Shown here: in pieces, positions 27,788 through 41,751 of the stretch | Layout: each line of letters opens with the position of its first letter | How positions within the stretch are numbered: position 1 is the stretch's first letter | DNA from: the human T2T-CHM13v2.0 reference genome, Homo sapiens | Strand: one strand, 5' to 3' | Length of the DNA stretch: 64,000 bases | NCBI RefSeq assembly: GCF_009914755.1 | Contig: NC_060927.1 | The notes under the pieces: model-generated | What the model was told of the DNA's origin: nothing | The model's input: only the letters and a program-made list of their open reading frames with translations | Database searches by the model: none | Translations under genes and position numbers: made by a program

Positions 27788-27859
27788 TATAAAATGCTTT
27801 ATATTTTAAAGTAAGTTCTATTATCCAGCCTAGAGAAATCTAAAGCCTATATTATATCA

Positions 27860-28280
27860 ATAGACATGGAGAGAATTTGATTGACTTGGGATATATCTAT
27901 GAAATCTACTAAACCAGACTTTCAATTTCATCAATATGTTGAACAAGGATAGAGGAATTTAGGGTGAAGATCATGTTCTTTGCTTGGGAAGATGGATGGA
28001 CAGTAAAGCCTTTTACTCTGACAGCAACTAAGGAGTATGACCAAAAGGGGAATGAGTTAAGAGAATAGTCCAGAATATTGGCACATTTTAGACATTCTTG
28101 CCTATGACACATTCACACAGATTTGTTCTGAAGGCAAATGGACATATAAGTCCAGTTCTCAGGAAAAAGGTTTAGAATGAGGATAGAAATTTAACATTTA
28201 TCCACATCCAGATGGTAATTAAGGTCCCCAAAAAGGATAAAATGTCCAAGAAAAAATAAGCTGTGAGAGAAGTTATTTTA
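27860..28280 (-). mobile_element. L2 fragment
   Basis: Degenerate L2 motifs (ggacatataagtccagttctcaggaaaaaggtttag). Confidence 0.45.
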
Positions 28281-29094
28281 GGGGATATAAATAACCCAAA
28301 TATATTTAAGGTAGTCGATATCCATATTTAATGTGCATGAAAATCATCTGGGTGTTTCTGCAGTTTCCAAGGGCCTTATCAAAAGAAATTCATAGTTTCT
28401 TAAATTGGGCTGGATCCCGGAGTCTAATTTTTAACAAGCACTGCATGTGATTCTGATATAAGGGATCCTTAACCACAATCGGAGGGACACTGAAGTATAG
28501 GCTTAATAGCAGACATTTCTCGTTACAAAGATAGATGAATAAATAGATATGTTTGGACATAAATATATGTTTGTTGAATAGAATTTGCATTTGATCCAAA
28601 ATAATTACTCTTGCATGTCACAGGCTAAATAAAAATAATAACCATCTATATTTATGAACTATAGTAGCTTTATCCTAAGCACTAGATTGAGAATTGAGAA
28701 AGAGAAAGCATCTTACATGCTTTGTCTCTACATTATTGCTCCCTAGTACTTTACTGAGTGCTTGGTACATAAATGCTTAATATATATTAATTGAGCTGAA
28801 TTGTATGAATAAAATTATTGGTAGATTTTGCTTTCCTTTTCTTTTAAAATAAATACCTATAATAGCAAAAAAAAAGAGCATTATCGAATTAGAAAGCCTA
28901 ATACTGTAAACATATCAATTTCCCTCAGTCTCTCATTCATTACATGTGTGAACACGGTTAAGTTTCCTAATCAGTAAAACAGGATAATAACAGAAACTGC
29001 TGAGACATCCATGCAGTTAAGGGCAGAGTAGGTAATTAACACCACCCATCTCCTTGACGACAAACTGAATAAAATCTTTTTAAAAATATGCTTG

Positions 29095-29730
29095 TGATAG
29101 AGGCAGGAGGCAGAGAAATTCTCGGCAGACAGGGGTGGGTCCTTGGTGAAACCCCACCTGCAAGACGAAGACAGTTTAAAGCCTGAAAGCCAAGCTACAA
29201 GTTACATCCTTGGACCCGACTGAGAACTTGTCTTTCTGTTTGGCATGCTTTCCCCTGACTGGTCTCCACCCTTCACCTATTTTACATATACCTACCCTTT
29301 GCTAATTGGTTTTTCTACACTGTCTTGCCCAGCTTTGAATGGTGTCTTCCCTTTAACCTTTTTTGCATACTCACAAACCAATCAGCACACACTCCCCATT
29401 CTGAGTCCATAAAAGGCCCCAGAACTAGTCACATGGGGAACTCTCTCACCTTCTGGTAGGGGATCAATCTCCTTGTGTCTCCTCTCCACTGAAAGCCATT
29501 TTCATTGCTCAAGTAAATGCTTCTCTGCCCTCCTCACTCTTCAATGTCCCGCATATTCTCATTCTTTTGGGGGATGGTACAAGAACTCGGGAACCACTAA
29601 ACACAGTTATAAACTATAACACAGGTGAGCTGAGACACATCAGTGTGGCCGAGTGAGGTCCGGGCAGGGTATCACTGCCAGCTGGGGATTCTTGGCTTGC
29701 AAAGTGACCGAAAAGAAAAACCCTACATCA
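29095..29730 (+). mobile_element. ERV1-class solo LTR (LTR29/MER39/MER50-like group)
   Basis: TG...CA ends (tgatagaggcaggaggcagag...ccctacatca), CCAAT and cataaaa TATA-like box; 4-bp TSD cttg/tttg; subfamily uncertain. Confidence 0.85.
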
Positions 29731-30659
29731 TTTGCAGGCATTGGAGAGCTAACAAGACAATGAACAGCTTTAAGTAGGAAAGTCAGGAAGGTTAGAATGG
29801 ACTTGGAGGCTGTTGTTTCTCAAGGCCATTTCTGATTCTGGTAGAGGTGCTGAAAGACAGGGAAAATTATCAGTGCTTTTAACAGTTTCATGGAGTAAGG
29901 GGAGTCTAGGACTTCTAAAAAGAGTAGGTTGGTAAACCCACCATTCTGTAGGTTAGGATCATGTCAGGCTACTCTTTAGGAAGAGTATGACCTGTAATCC
30001 TTACAACAGGATTAAGGTAAACTGAGATTGCTATTTCACCTGGCCACCTGTCAGAATCAACTATAAATGCTGTCTGGAAAAATGCCATATCATCCTAGGT
30101 CTCAAATCATTTCTACAACTTTTCAGACAAAATGTCTCACACTGAATCAAAAATAACCAGTCACATGAGGAAGAAAGACCACATGGAGCGTTAGAGAACA
30201 GACAATAGAAATAAGAACTGATTCATAAGGGTTCTGAATAAAGGAGCTATTAAAACCAGACTTTAAAATAATTAAGATTATTACACTCAAAAAAGATTAG
30301 GATCTTTGTTTTAGTATCAAATAGAATTGAAAGCACAAAAATTGGAGTTACACACTCTTTGTATATTAAGAAAGCAGAATTAGGCATAGCTGGAGAGAAA
30401 AATAGTAAACTAATATGTGAATCAGAAGAAATTATCCAGATTGAATATTAAGGAGCAAAAGAAAAAGGAAAGAGAAAAATATGAAGGAGATAGCCATAAA
30501 CCTAGGAAATAAATTAAGAAGTTCTAACAGATAAGTCATTGGAGTTCAAAAGGAAACTATAGAATCAGGCAGGAGCAGTATCTGAAAATATAATGCATAG
30601 AAGTTTTACAAAATGTAAAAGAGATGATAAGTCATATATTTAAGAAGTTCTACCAATGA
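29731..30659 (+). mobile_element. Old L1M 5'/ORF1 fragment (continues after 35025)
   Basis: ORF1-like gaagaaattatccaga...ttggagttcaaaagg...gaagttctaccaatga, resuming as accccaag after the MaLR. Confidence 0.6.
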
Positions 30660-32003
30660 TATGATACATTGCAAAATAAAATGGCCAGAAATTTCTCTCA
30701 TTCCTGAATGAAAATCATTTTGCAATGTGATTTTGTTGCTTATTGTATTGGGAAGTAAAGTGTAATACTTCATCTCCTTGAATTTGGTCTAGCCTTGTGA
30801 TTTGTTTTGGCTAGTGGGAATGAGAATGTGGAAGAAGTTTGGATATGGGATTTCTGAGCACAGACCACAAGAAGCTTTGGAACTTTAGCTCCCACTCTCG
30901 TGCTGCTATAGACTGCCACGTGAGGAAACTGAGACTAGCCTTCTTAAAGATGAGAGGCCATATGAAGAGACAGGACCAATGAAGAGCCAACACCAACTAT
31001 AAGACATATGACTAGCCCAGAGTGAGCAATTAAATGACTGCAGCTGCATAAGTCACTGCAGCGAGGACAAACAGAAGAACGAGCCAGCTGAATCCAGCCC
31101 AAATTGCTAAACCATAGAATTGTGAGCAAATAAATTGAATGCACTGTTTTAAATAAATAAACAAATGCATTGCTTTAAGGCATTCAAACATTAGAATCAT
31201 GTATTAAACAGCAGCAACAACTCACACAAAAATTGATATCTAAGATTATGTTGCTGCTGTAATAAAAACATAAAACATATGCCACTGACCCTGGGATTTG
31301 GTGTTGAGTGAAGCCTGGAAAATTGTGGAGGAAACTCACTGTAAGTGAGAGGTGACAGCGTGTGGCAGTCCTCACAGCCCTCGCTCGCTCTGGGCGCCTC
31401 CTCTGCCCGGGCTCCCACTTTGGCGGCACTTGAGGAGCCCTTCAGCCCGCCGCTGCCCTGTGGGAGCCCCTTTCTGGGCTGGCCGAGGCCGGAGCCGGCT
31501 CCCTCAGCTTGCGGGGAGGTGTGGCGGGAGAGGCGCGAGCGGGAACCGCGGCTGCGCGTGGCGCTTGCGAGCCAGCTGGAGTTCGTGGTGGGCGTGGGCT
31601 TGGCGGGCCTCCCACTCGGAGCAGCTGCCCTGCCGGCCCCGGGCGATGAGGGGCTTAGCACCCCGGCCAGCGGCTGCGGATGGTGTACGGGGTCCCTCAG
31701 CAGTGCCGGCTCACCTGCGCTGCGCTCCATTTCTCACCGGGCCTTAGCTGCCTTCCCGCGGGGCAGGGCTCGGGACCTGAAGCCCGCCATGCCTGAGCCT
31801 CACACCCCCTCCGTGGGCTCCTGTGCGGCCCGGGCCTCCCCGACGAGCGCCGCCCCCTGCTCCACGGCGCCCAGTCCCATCGACCGCCCAAGGGCTGAGC
31901 AGTGCGGGCGCAGGGCGCGGGACTGGCAGGCAGCTCCACCTGCAGCCCCGGTGCGGGATCCACTGGGTGAAGCCAGCTGGGCTCCTGAGTCTGGTGGGGA
32001 TGT

Positions 32004-32492
32004 GGAGAACCTTTATGCCTAGCTCAGGGATTGTAAATACACCAATCGGCACTCTGCATCTAGCTCAAGGAAGGTTTGTAAACACACCAATCAGCACCCT
32101 GTGTCTGCTCAGGGTTTGTGAATGCACCAATGGACACTCTGTATCTAGCTACTCTGGAGGGACCTTGGAGAACCTTTATGCCTAGTTCAGGGATTGTAAA
32201 TACACCAATCGGCACTCTGCATCTAGCTCAAGGAAGGTTTGTAAACACACCAATCAGCACCCTGTGTCTGCTCAGGGTTTGTGAATGCACCAATGGACAC
32301 TCTGTATCTAGCTACTCTGGAGGGACCTTGGAGAACCTTTATGCCTAGCTCAGGGATTGTAAATACACCAATCGGCACTCTGCATCTAGCTCAAGGAAGG
32401 TTTGTAAACACACCAATCAGCACCCTGTGTCTACTCAGGGTTTGTGAATGCACCAATGGACACTCTATATCTAGCTACTCTGGTGGGGCCTT
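32004..32492 (+). repeat. Three near-identical 163-bp tandem units in the LTR12C U3
   Basis: ggagaacctttatg recurs at 32004, 32167, 32330 and 32493. Confidence 0.95.
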
Positions 32493-32580
32493 GGAGAACC
32501 TTTATGTCCACCCTCTGTATCTAGCTACTCTGGTGGGGACCTGGAGAACCTTTGTGTCTAGCTCAGGGATTGTAAACGCA

Positions 32581-32650
32581 CCAATCAGCGCCCTGTCAAA
32601 ACAGATCAGCAGGATGTGGGTGGGGCCAGATAAGAGAATAAAAGCAGGCT
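32581..32650 (+). promoter_or_regulatory. LTR12C core promoter (CCAAT, GT/GC box, GATA, AATAAAA TATA-like)
   Basis: ccaatc 32581; gtgggtgggg ~32616; agataa 32628; aataaaa 32637; activity untested. Confidence 0.7.
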
Positions 32651-34415
32651 GCCCAAACCAGCAGTGGCAACCTGCTCGGGTCCTCTTCCACACTGTGGAA
32701 GCTTTGTTCTTTCGCTCTTTGCAATAAATCTTGCTACTGCTCAGTCTTTGGGTCCACATTGCTTTTATGAGCTGTAACGCTCACCGCGAAGGTCTGCATC
32801 TTCACTCCTGAGCCAGCGAGAGCACGAACCCACCAGAAGGAAGAAACTCGGAACACATCCAAATATCAGAAGGAACAAACTCCAGACACGCCACCTTAAG
32901 AGCTGTAACACTCACCGCGAGGGTCCATGGCTTCATTCTTGGAGTCAGTGAGACCAAGAACCCACCAATTCTGGACACATAAGCAGGAAAAGCAAGGGGG
33001 AAACATCTACCGGAGACTAGAAAATGGTGACTTATGTAATGCAGTGGCAGGTGAAACGATAACCTGAAGTTACTTAAAAGACAGAAATGCATTTAATGCA
33101 TGTGTGGATCTAAACAAGGCAATCTGGAATAGAATATTGACAATGTTGGTTTCCAAGCAGAGTTTAGAGGAAATATAGAGGGCCTAGGACTTTCTGGCTT
33201 GTAAAATACAACTATTTCTCGTCCCCTATTCTTCCAGCTAGCAAAATATTCTCAACGTAAGAATTAGTGTCAGTAAAGGTCAAATCATGGGTGTGGCTCT
33301 ATGATACTTTAGTAAGACCTCAGACAGATTTCAGAAGAAGGCTGGTAGACCCTCACAGCTTGACAAAAGAATTTTAAGACTATTGCCTCCCAGCTGCCTG
33401 ACATGACCAAAGTAGAGACAGATCTGTCTTGAGAATAATTGCACACATGGCTTTGAGGATTTAGAGTGTCACCCAATAAGATTTAAAGGAAATCCACAAA
33501 GTTTTAAGGAGAATTGTATTTATGAAACAAAACACTGCTAGTTTGGTCTAAAAGAGGCTGAGACTCTCCAGGCTCTTCAATGTAAAAGATGGCCCCTGAG
33601 CTCATAACTATGGGAAGAGGAACGATGAGAAACATATGTAGCTGCAAAATAGACCCTTTCATATAGAAAGGGCCTACTGAGAGAGTAAAGCCAGACACTC
33701 AGACAACATTGGACTAAAACACTACTCCTAGGTAATGTAAACAGATCATAAGCAAGGAGCATTCTCTGCATCTGGAGGAGGAGAAACTAACAATAAGTGT
33801 GTGCCTACATTTCAAAAAAATCTATGGACTGATGATTGTTATATGCTTCTCAATCTTCCTCTTTTAAATGGAGTTTCTATTAAGTTATCCTATCCCTGTC
33901 TCACCATTTGTATTCTGGATGTATGGAGGCATTTTACGTGTCTTTTAAGTTCAAAAGTCTTTTTTTGAGTTCAGAAGAGATGCCGTAGAGGAAGAGCTGT
34001 ACTCTAAAAGCCTTGTCATTATCAGGCCTGGATGCAGATCAAAAGATCCAAAACCATGAGCCTGATGCTGCAATCGAATGAGAGTTTTGAGAGTCCTCAG
34101 GACTCACGAGCATATTTTGCACGTGAAGAAAATGTGAATAATTTGTAACCAGATGACATATTGTGCTATTAACAAAAATAGCCACAAATTCCTCCCATTC
34201 ATATACGCACACCCATTGACACTATAACTTTTTTTTTCTTTCTTCAAGAGATGGAGTGTATTTCTTCCTCACTTACAATCAGAGTTTGTCTTAGAACTTC
34301 TTTAACCAACAAAATGTAATGGAAGTTATATTTAGGGAATCATGTGTACGGTATTAAGAGGCTTTGCAGCTGCACTGCCCAAGAGTTAGTGAAGAATCCG
34401 GAGCTAGCCTCCTTA

Positions 34416-34775
<360 letters not shown>

Positions 34776-35776
34776 AAAGAATGTCCAACCAATGTCTTGT
34801 CTTGCATGTAGCACAAAATGTGAAAAAAAAAAAAAAAAGAAAGAAAAGGCATCTTAAAACAGCCCAAGTTAAGCTTCCAGATGACTACCACTACATTAGT
34901 AATATGGGCAGGACTTGCAGAAGAATCAAGCCAAACTGCTGACATACAGAATCTCAGCAAATAAAAGTGTTGTTTAAACCTGTAAGTTTTGAATTTTTTT
35001 GCTAGAGTAATAGAGAACTGATACAACCCCAAGTGCAGCCAATATGTAATTTATAAACAAAGGAAAAATTTAAAAATTTTCAGAAAAGTAATGTAAGCAA
35101 GAACGAATCAACAGAATATTCTTAACACTGACAATTCTAAATAAATCTAGATTAAAATATAAGAGATGCAGGAAAGATGAAGAGAATCAAAGGGTGAATA
35201 GGTGGGTAAATATAAATGCGTAATAACTACATAAAACAGTAGCAATAGTTCTTCAGTGTATCTGATAGATACATAGGAAAATAAATAGGTACCAGTTAGA
35301 TAGATAGAGAGAGGGAGAAAGAAGAGAGATATTAGAATCACAATTCTAAAAGCAGTAAGTTTGAAGGAGTATATATGGAGTTAAAATATTCTAAGTGTCT
35401 TGAGTTACTGGAGAAAGCGTAAAAGTTCCAGGGAACATTAAACTTAATTTATCAAGGATGCATTTGTAATCTCTAGGGTGACTTTAAAAGAGGAATAAAA
35501 GAAGACACAACTATCAAACTAATAAAGGGAGAAATTGATTGATAAAAACAACTATTCCAAGAAAAGACAAAGAGGGAAAGAAAAGAACATACAGCAGGCA
35601 GGACAAATAATAATGTGGTGGAGTACATTGTTTAGGATGGACTAGCAAGTGGAAGAGGGTATGAAGAAGCTTTCAGGGTCTTGAAAATGTTCTATTTGTT
35701 GATAAACTTACTAGTTGCACAAATGTTCAATTTGTAACAATTTGTTGATCTCTACATTTATGTTTATGCAATTTTC

Positions 35777-36108
35777 TTTTCTTTGTTTTTTTCATTTTTA
35801 TTTTTAATTTATTTATTTATATTTTTGAGACGGAGTCTTACTCTGTTGCCCAGGCTGGAGTGTAGTGGCGCGATCTAGACTCACTGCAACCTGTGCCTCC
35901 TGGGTTCAAGCAATTCTCCTGCCTCAGGCTCTTGAGTTGCTGGGACTACAGGCTCATGCCACCACACCCAGCTAATTTTTGTATTTTTAGTAGAGATGGG
36001 GTTTCACTGTGTTGGCCAGGCTGGTCTCGAGTTCCTGACCTCAGGTTATCCACACACCTCAGCCTCCCAAAGTGCTGGGACTACAGGCATGAGCCACCGC
36101 ACCCAGCC
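35777..36108 (-). mobile_element. AluSx-like
   Basis: Full reverse Alu with (TTTA) tail. Confidence 0.95.
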
Positions 36109-36877
36109 AATTAATGCTTATGCACTTTCCTATATGTGTTTATTTCACAATTTAAAAAGTTAAACACACACACGCACACAAACATGCCCAAACAACCTAC
36201 CTACCCTATAGGGGTCTTAAAAAGATAAATTGATACAGAGTATATAAAGATTAAACTTATCATCTGACACATCAAAAACACTAAATAAATGTATATTTGC
36301 TATTACTATCATTATTAGTTTTCTGTATCTTGAGCAATTCAAATAAAAATATCAATAATAATTGTTAACTTTACAAAATTAGTCTAATATTTATTCCAAA
36401 GAATCAATTGACAAAAATAGCCAATAATTTACAGTGAAAGAAGAATCAAAAGGTTTCTTGTCCTAACAAATATTTTAAATATATATATATAATTAGTAAA
36501 CATGACACTAACATATGTCTACAAGAATATAATAAAGTAACTTGGATATATATTAAATGCATGTTATATTTTATCAAATAAGAAATTAGCATTTCAGATT
36601 CGTTGAAAAGCAAATTACTTAGAAAAATAGAATATACATGACTTGATGTCATTTTAATTTCAGCAGCAAATGCCTTGTTACCTGATCCCCCAACCCCTCT
36701 CTTGCCCTTACTACTGTCTCATCAGTTTGCTCTCACGGTACTTTAATGAGAGTAATGTGACTCTCAACTTATTCGCAAGACTCTTTTCTTTGAAGAGTTA
36801 AGTCACCCGTTTATTTCATACTTATTCCTCCTCAAAGCAGGATTTTTAAGTAAAATGTTTCCAGGCAAGTGCTATTT

Positions 36878-37112
36878 CTTGAGAGCTTGTTTGGAGGTTC
36901 TAGCAGGGGAATGCAGCTACTCGTATACCCTTGACGGAAGACCGGTCCTCCTCTACGTGGTATGGTCATCCTCTTCCACCAAGTGCACAGCTTCTGGAGG
37001 GACACACATGGAGCCGTGAGGAAGGGGACACCCGCCTAGCCAGCCATATCAGCTGAATCAACCCTGGTGATAATGGGGTGACAGATGTTGCAACCAGATT
37101 GCCCTCACATCC
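36878..37112 (-). pseudogene. 3'-truncated 7SK snRNA retropseudogene (RN7SKP type)
   Basis: Minus strand reads ggatgtgagggcaatctgg...gggtatacgagtagctgc...aacctccaaacaagctctcaag; TSD gcaagtgctatttcttga at 36865-36882 and 37113-37130. Confidence 0.96.
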
Positions 37113-37419
37113 GCAAGTGCTATTTCTTGAAGTTATTCCTTTTAGTATCTTGTGTTCCTTTTAATTAGCACTTTTTTCATAAAATTCAAAAACACCTTTA
37201 TTTCTTTTGCAAAAGTAGAATTGATATTGTTATGGCTAAACCACCATATACAATGATATTGGTACAACCAGTTAATTGCATAGTTAAAAAAAAACAAAAA
37301 TCACCAATAAAGCAAAAGTTATTGCCAGAAGAATTAAAGATGACTATTTAAAAAATAAAAGCATAAATATGGTAGGAGAAAAGATAAGTGGCTATTTATG
37401 CTCCTTGAATTGAGAATAG

Positions 37420-37890
37420 TTTTTTTGGTAACAGCTCTGTTAAGATAAAACACACACCACACACACGGTTTTTAGTATATTCTCAAGGTTGTGCAACCAT
37501 CACTAAAATCAATTGCAGAATTCTTTCATCACTCAAAATAAAACTTGTACCCTTCAGCTATCATTCTCCTAGCTCCTTGTCTTCCCCAAACCCCCAGCCG
37601 TAAGTGACCACTAATCTACTTTCTGTCTCAGATTTCCCTGTTCTGGATATTTTATATAAATGGAATCATGTAAGATGTGGTCTTTTTACTGCCTTATTTG
37701 AGTTAGCATAAAGTTTTCAAGGTTCAGACACATTGTATCATGTATCATTAATTTATTACTTTTTATAGCCAAATAATATTCCATTGTATGAATATGCCAT
37801 ACTTATTCATCATTTGATGGATATTGGGGTTGCTTCTACTTTTTGGCTATTGTGAATAATGTTGCTTTGAATATTATGTACAAGTTTCAT
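37420..37890 (-). mobile_element. L1MB-type 3' end
   Basis: ggttgtgcaaccatcact...accactaatctactttctgtctc...aaatggaatcat. Confidence 0.85.
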
Positions 37891-37971
37891 TTTGGTTACT
37901 CTACTTTTAAACTCCAGAAAAATCACTGGTTGTTTTGAAAATAATTTCTATCACTTTATGGACATTCTCTA

Positions 37972-38297
37972 TTTGTTTTTGTTGGTGGGGTTCTTTTTTG
38001 TTTTTGAAACAGGGTCTTGCTCTGTTATCCAGGCTGGAGTGCAGTGGGACGGACCATCATGGCTCACTGAAGCCTTGACCTCCCAGGCTCAGGTGATCCT
38101 CCCACCTCAGCCTCCCGAGTAGCTAGGACTACAGGCGCGCCACCAACCCTGGCTAATTTTTTATGTTTATTTTTAGTTTTTACTTTTGTACTGATAGTGG
38201 TCTCACTGTATTGCTCAGGCTGGTCTTGAACTACTGGGCTCAGCAATCCTTCCACCTCAGCCTCCCAAAGTGCTGGGATATCAGGTGTGAGCCACAT
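37972..38297 (-). mobile_element. AluJ
   Basis: catggctcactgaagccttgacctcccaggctcaggtgatcc. Confidence 0.92.
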
Positions 38298-38339
38298 TCT
38301 GATATGAATGTCAAATACAGCTGACATTCTGTATTTGAA

Positions 38340-39830
38340 GCAACATGGTTATCATGTCTTCTTTTACTTTTTTAATCATTCTTTCCTTTAGTTCTGTGAA
38401 CATATTTATAATAGTTACTTTGAAGGTTTTCTTTTCTTTTTTCTGCTGAATCTGACATCTGGTTTCTCTCACAGGTAGTTTCTGTTGCCTGCTTTTATTT
38501 TTCTCTTGTATGAGTCACACTTTCCTGTTTCTTTGCGTGTCTCATAATTTGTTGTTGAAAACTTAATTTTAGATAATATATTGTTACAACTCTGGAGGGC
38601 CCCCTTCTGCCTCACATGTTTATTGTAGTTTGCATGTTTAGTTGTATAGTCACTTGCTGGGCTGTTAGAATAGGGTCTATTTCCCTCACAGTATGAAGAC
38701 TCTGATTTTGCTCCTCAGAGGGTGCAGGCTGACATGTGCACAGTCAGCCTCCAATACAGTGCTTTTAGAAGGGCTGTCTTCCAGGCTCTTTTTCCATGAT
38801 CATACCCAGCTGTTAAGCTCTACTAATTCCCAACTGATTGATCTATTGTTTATACAATGCCCTGGAGCATAAATTGCTCCCTAGACTGAAAACAATTCAA
38901 TTAAACTTGGGTTCCTTTATGGGGTAATTTTGAGATGAATGTCTGAGGTTTGCTTGGACCCAAAGAAGGCTCTTCTTAGCTCTCTTTTTTTTCTCTCATA
39001 AGCTTACTGGTTTGTGGTTTAACTTAAATCCCTCATGAAGGTACCATCCTCTTCCTAATTGCTTTCTACCAAAACCTCCTTTGATTTTGAGATCCTTAAA
39101 ATTGAACTTCTCTACACTCCGTTGAAAGTCAAGTCAGTTTTTTTGTTTATTTTTTTGTTTTCTTATGGCCTATCTCTTCCCCTGGACCAAATCTCTGAGC
39201 CATGGCTTTGGAATTAGTTGTGGGGACAGTCATATGCTTCTCTCTGATGACAACCTAGATTTAGAAGGAATCTTGGTGGGGGCAGCAGCCTCTGGTATTC
39301 TAGGCGTACCTCTTGACACAGAACCTTCTCCTTACAAATTAGCTATGTTTAGGGCAATTGGCTAGAAAGAATCTCCCTGTTCTATGAATGAGGGCTGAGT
39401 GAAAGAAGGTAGCCTTGACCTCCTGGCCACACTCTCCTGATATTTAGCCTCTGCAACAGGTAATTGTGGGGAGGACAGGAAATGCTAAAGGCATGTCCTT
39501 CCCAGAAAGATGCCACATTCCCTTTACTGGGTTCTGGGGTTGCCTGGGGAGTGAAGGGTACTACTATGTTATTGGCTGTGCTCACCTGGAGTGAAGTTTC
39601 TGCCGTGCTGAGCTGGCAGGGAGAAGGTTGTGGAACAAATGCCACAGACTCTCACCGTTCTTGATGAGTTTTACTAGATTTTCTTGAATAAATATTTCTT
39701 CATTGATATATATGTCCTTAAAACCACTTCCAGAGTTTTTAAATGTGTGTGTGTTTAAATAATTTTCACCTCCACTTATGCTTGTTTTCCTTGGGAGTGG
39801 GTCCACTGGACTCCTTACATTTTGATTCCA
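38340..39830 (-). mobile_element. Old L1M 5' region
   Basis: gtcacactttcctgtttctttgcgtgtctcataatttg and related L1M 5' motifs; bounds approximate. Confidence 0.55.
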
Positions 39831-39913
39831 TATGTCAGAACCCAAGAATATACTTTAAATATATGACACCAAAGATAGAAATGTAAAGAAAAACTACTAA
39901 ATTGATTATATAA

Positions 39914-40224
<311 letters not shown>

Positions 40225-41404
40225 ATTTCTAAAGTTAAAAGGCAAATAGAAAGAAATATTTTCAACGGATAAGAGTTTACTACCTTAAATATTCTGAAAT
40301 CTTTGACTAATCTCTAGGATAAAGATGAAAACTCAAATAAATGAATAAGGAACACAGAGGCAATTCATAAAATGCATATAACACATAAACATAAAAAAAT
40401 CTTTAACCTCACTAGAATTTTTTAAAAAAGGAAAACAAGAAACACTTTATGTCCACAAATTAGAAAATATATAAATAAACTTACAATACTCAGCAAAGAA
40501 CTGAAAAAATACACTATGATGAGAGAGTAAATTGACACAAACTTTGGCGAAATGAATAAATATCATATTAAAAACATATATAACCTTTCCATGTTGCATT
40601 TAATTTATTTAAAGACGGTATATATAGTGTGATGTATGGCTGATGGCTGTGTGCGTGCATGTGTTTTCGTGTGTATTGTTTTTAACCTGTAAGGGTACTG
40701 CTGTTAACATTTGCAGAGCCCTAATCAGGAATACATATTGCAGAGGGCAGGTAGCATCTGTAAACGTCTTATCTGAAACTCTCTTGAGATTCAATTAACA
40801 GCATTTACTATCAACAATACAAGCCTTGCTAATTGGCACAATTGAACATAGCAATGATTATTATCACTGGTGAATGATTATTTTCTCTGGTGAAAAGATT
40901 GGTGTTTAAGATATGGGTCTGGCTAGAAATACTGCACAGTGAGTTTTGCCCTTGCATAGCACAGAAGGAAAATCTGGTGAGCTGAATAACTTATAATCTT
41001 AGGAATGATGTTTTGTGATTTTGATTCCGATCAGTTCTGTGTTGAGCAGTTTTCAGAGGATTTTTTTGCCTGACTCCAAGTAAGACTTTAATTGAATCCT
41101 GCCCTTGCAATATTGTCGCATTTGCCTCTGGTGAATCTTTGATTCAAAAGGCTATTGGAGAAACTGTAAGGACAGAGGAGTTGGGACTTTATTGAGCTTA
41201 CAGTTTGAATAGCTGCTTTTTAATGTCTGCTATGTTGTTATGTGTGCAGAATTTAGCCTTGAATTATCTCTTCTTACAATTTACTACATTATTTTGAGGG
41301 TGATGAGGATGAGGCCTAGAGCCCTCATTACCTCTAATTGTTGATCATGGATATCTACCAGAAAGAATCTAATAATTATGAATGAGGAAAGTCACAAGAC
41401 TTTT

Positions 41405-41751
41405 TGATATGGTTTGACTCCCTGTCTGCACCCATAATTCTCATGTGTTGCGGGAGCTGCCCAGTGGGAGACAATCGAATCACGGAGGCAGGTCTTTCCC
41501 ATGCTGTTCTTGTGATAGTGAATGTGTCTCACCAGATCTGATGGTTTTGAAAACCAGAGTTTCTCTGCACAAGCTCTCTCCTGTCTTTGCTGCCCTCCAT
41601 GTAAGATGTGACTTGCTCCTCCTTGCCTTCCGCCATGCTTGTGAGGCTTCCCAAGCCACGTGGAACTGTGAGTCCAATTAAACCTCTTTCTTTTGTAAAT
41701 TACCCAGTCTCTGGTATGTCTTTATTAGAAGTGTGAAAATGGACTAATACC
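41405..41751 (+). mobile_element. THE1A/B MaLR solo LTR
   Basis: tgatatggtttg...gtccaattaaacctctttcttttgtaaat...ggactaatac; TSD ctttt/ctttc. Confidence 0.92.

Larger units (their letters stand above)
31346..32979 (+). mobile_element. LTR12C (ERV9) solo LTR
   Basis: tgagaggtgacagcgtg...ccaattctggacaca; 4-bp TSD taag at 31342-31345 and 32980-32983; CpG-rich U3, CCAAT repeats, GT-box/GATA/AATAAA core. Confidence 0.97.

Noticed and set aside
32004-32492. Regular repeats resembling a CRISPR array
   Set aside because: No unique spacers; eukaryotic LTR tandem repeat
31184-32759. Several long ORFs (up to 225 aa)
   Set aside because: Stop-poor GC-rich LTR12C and its tandem repeats
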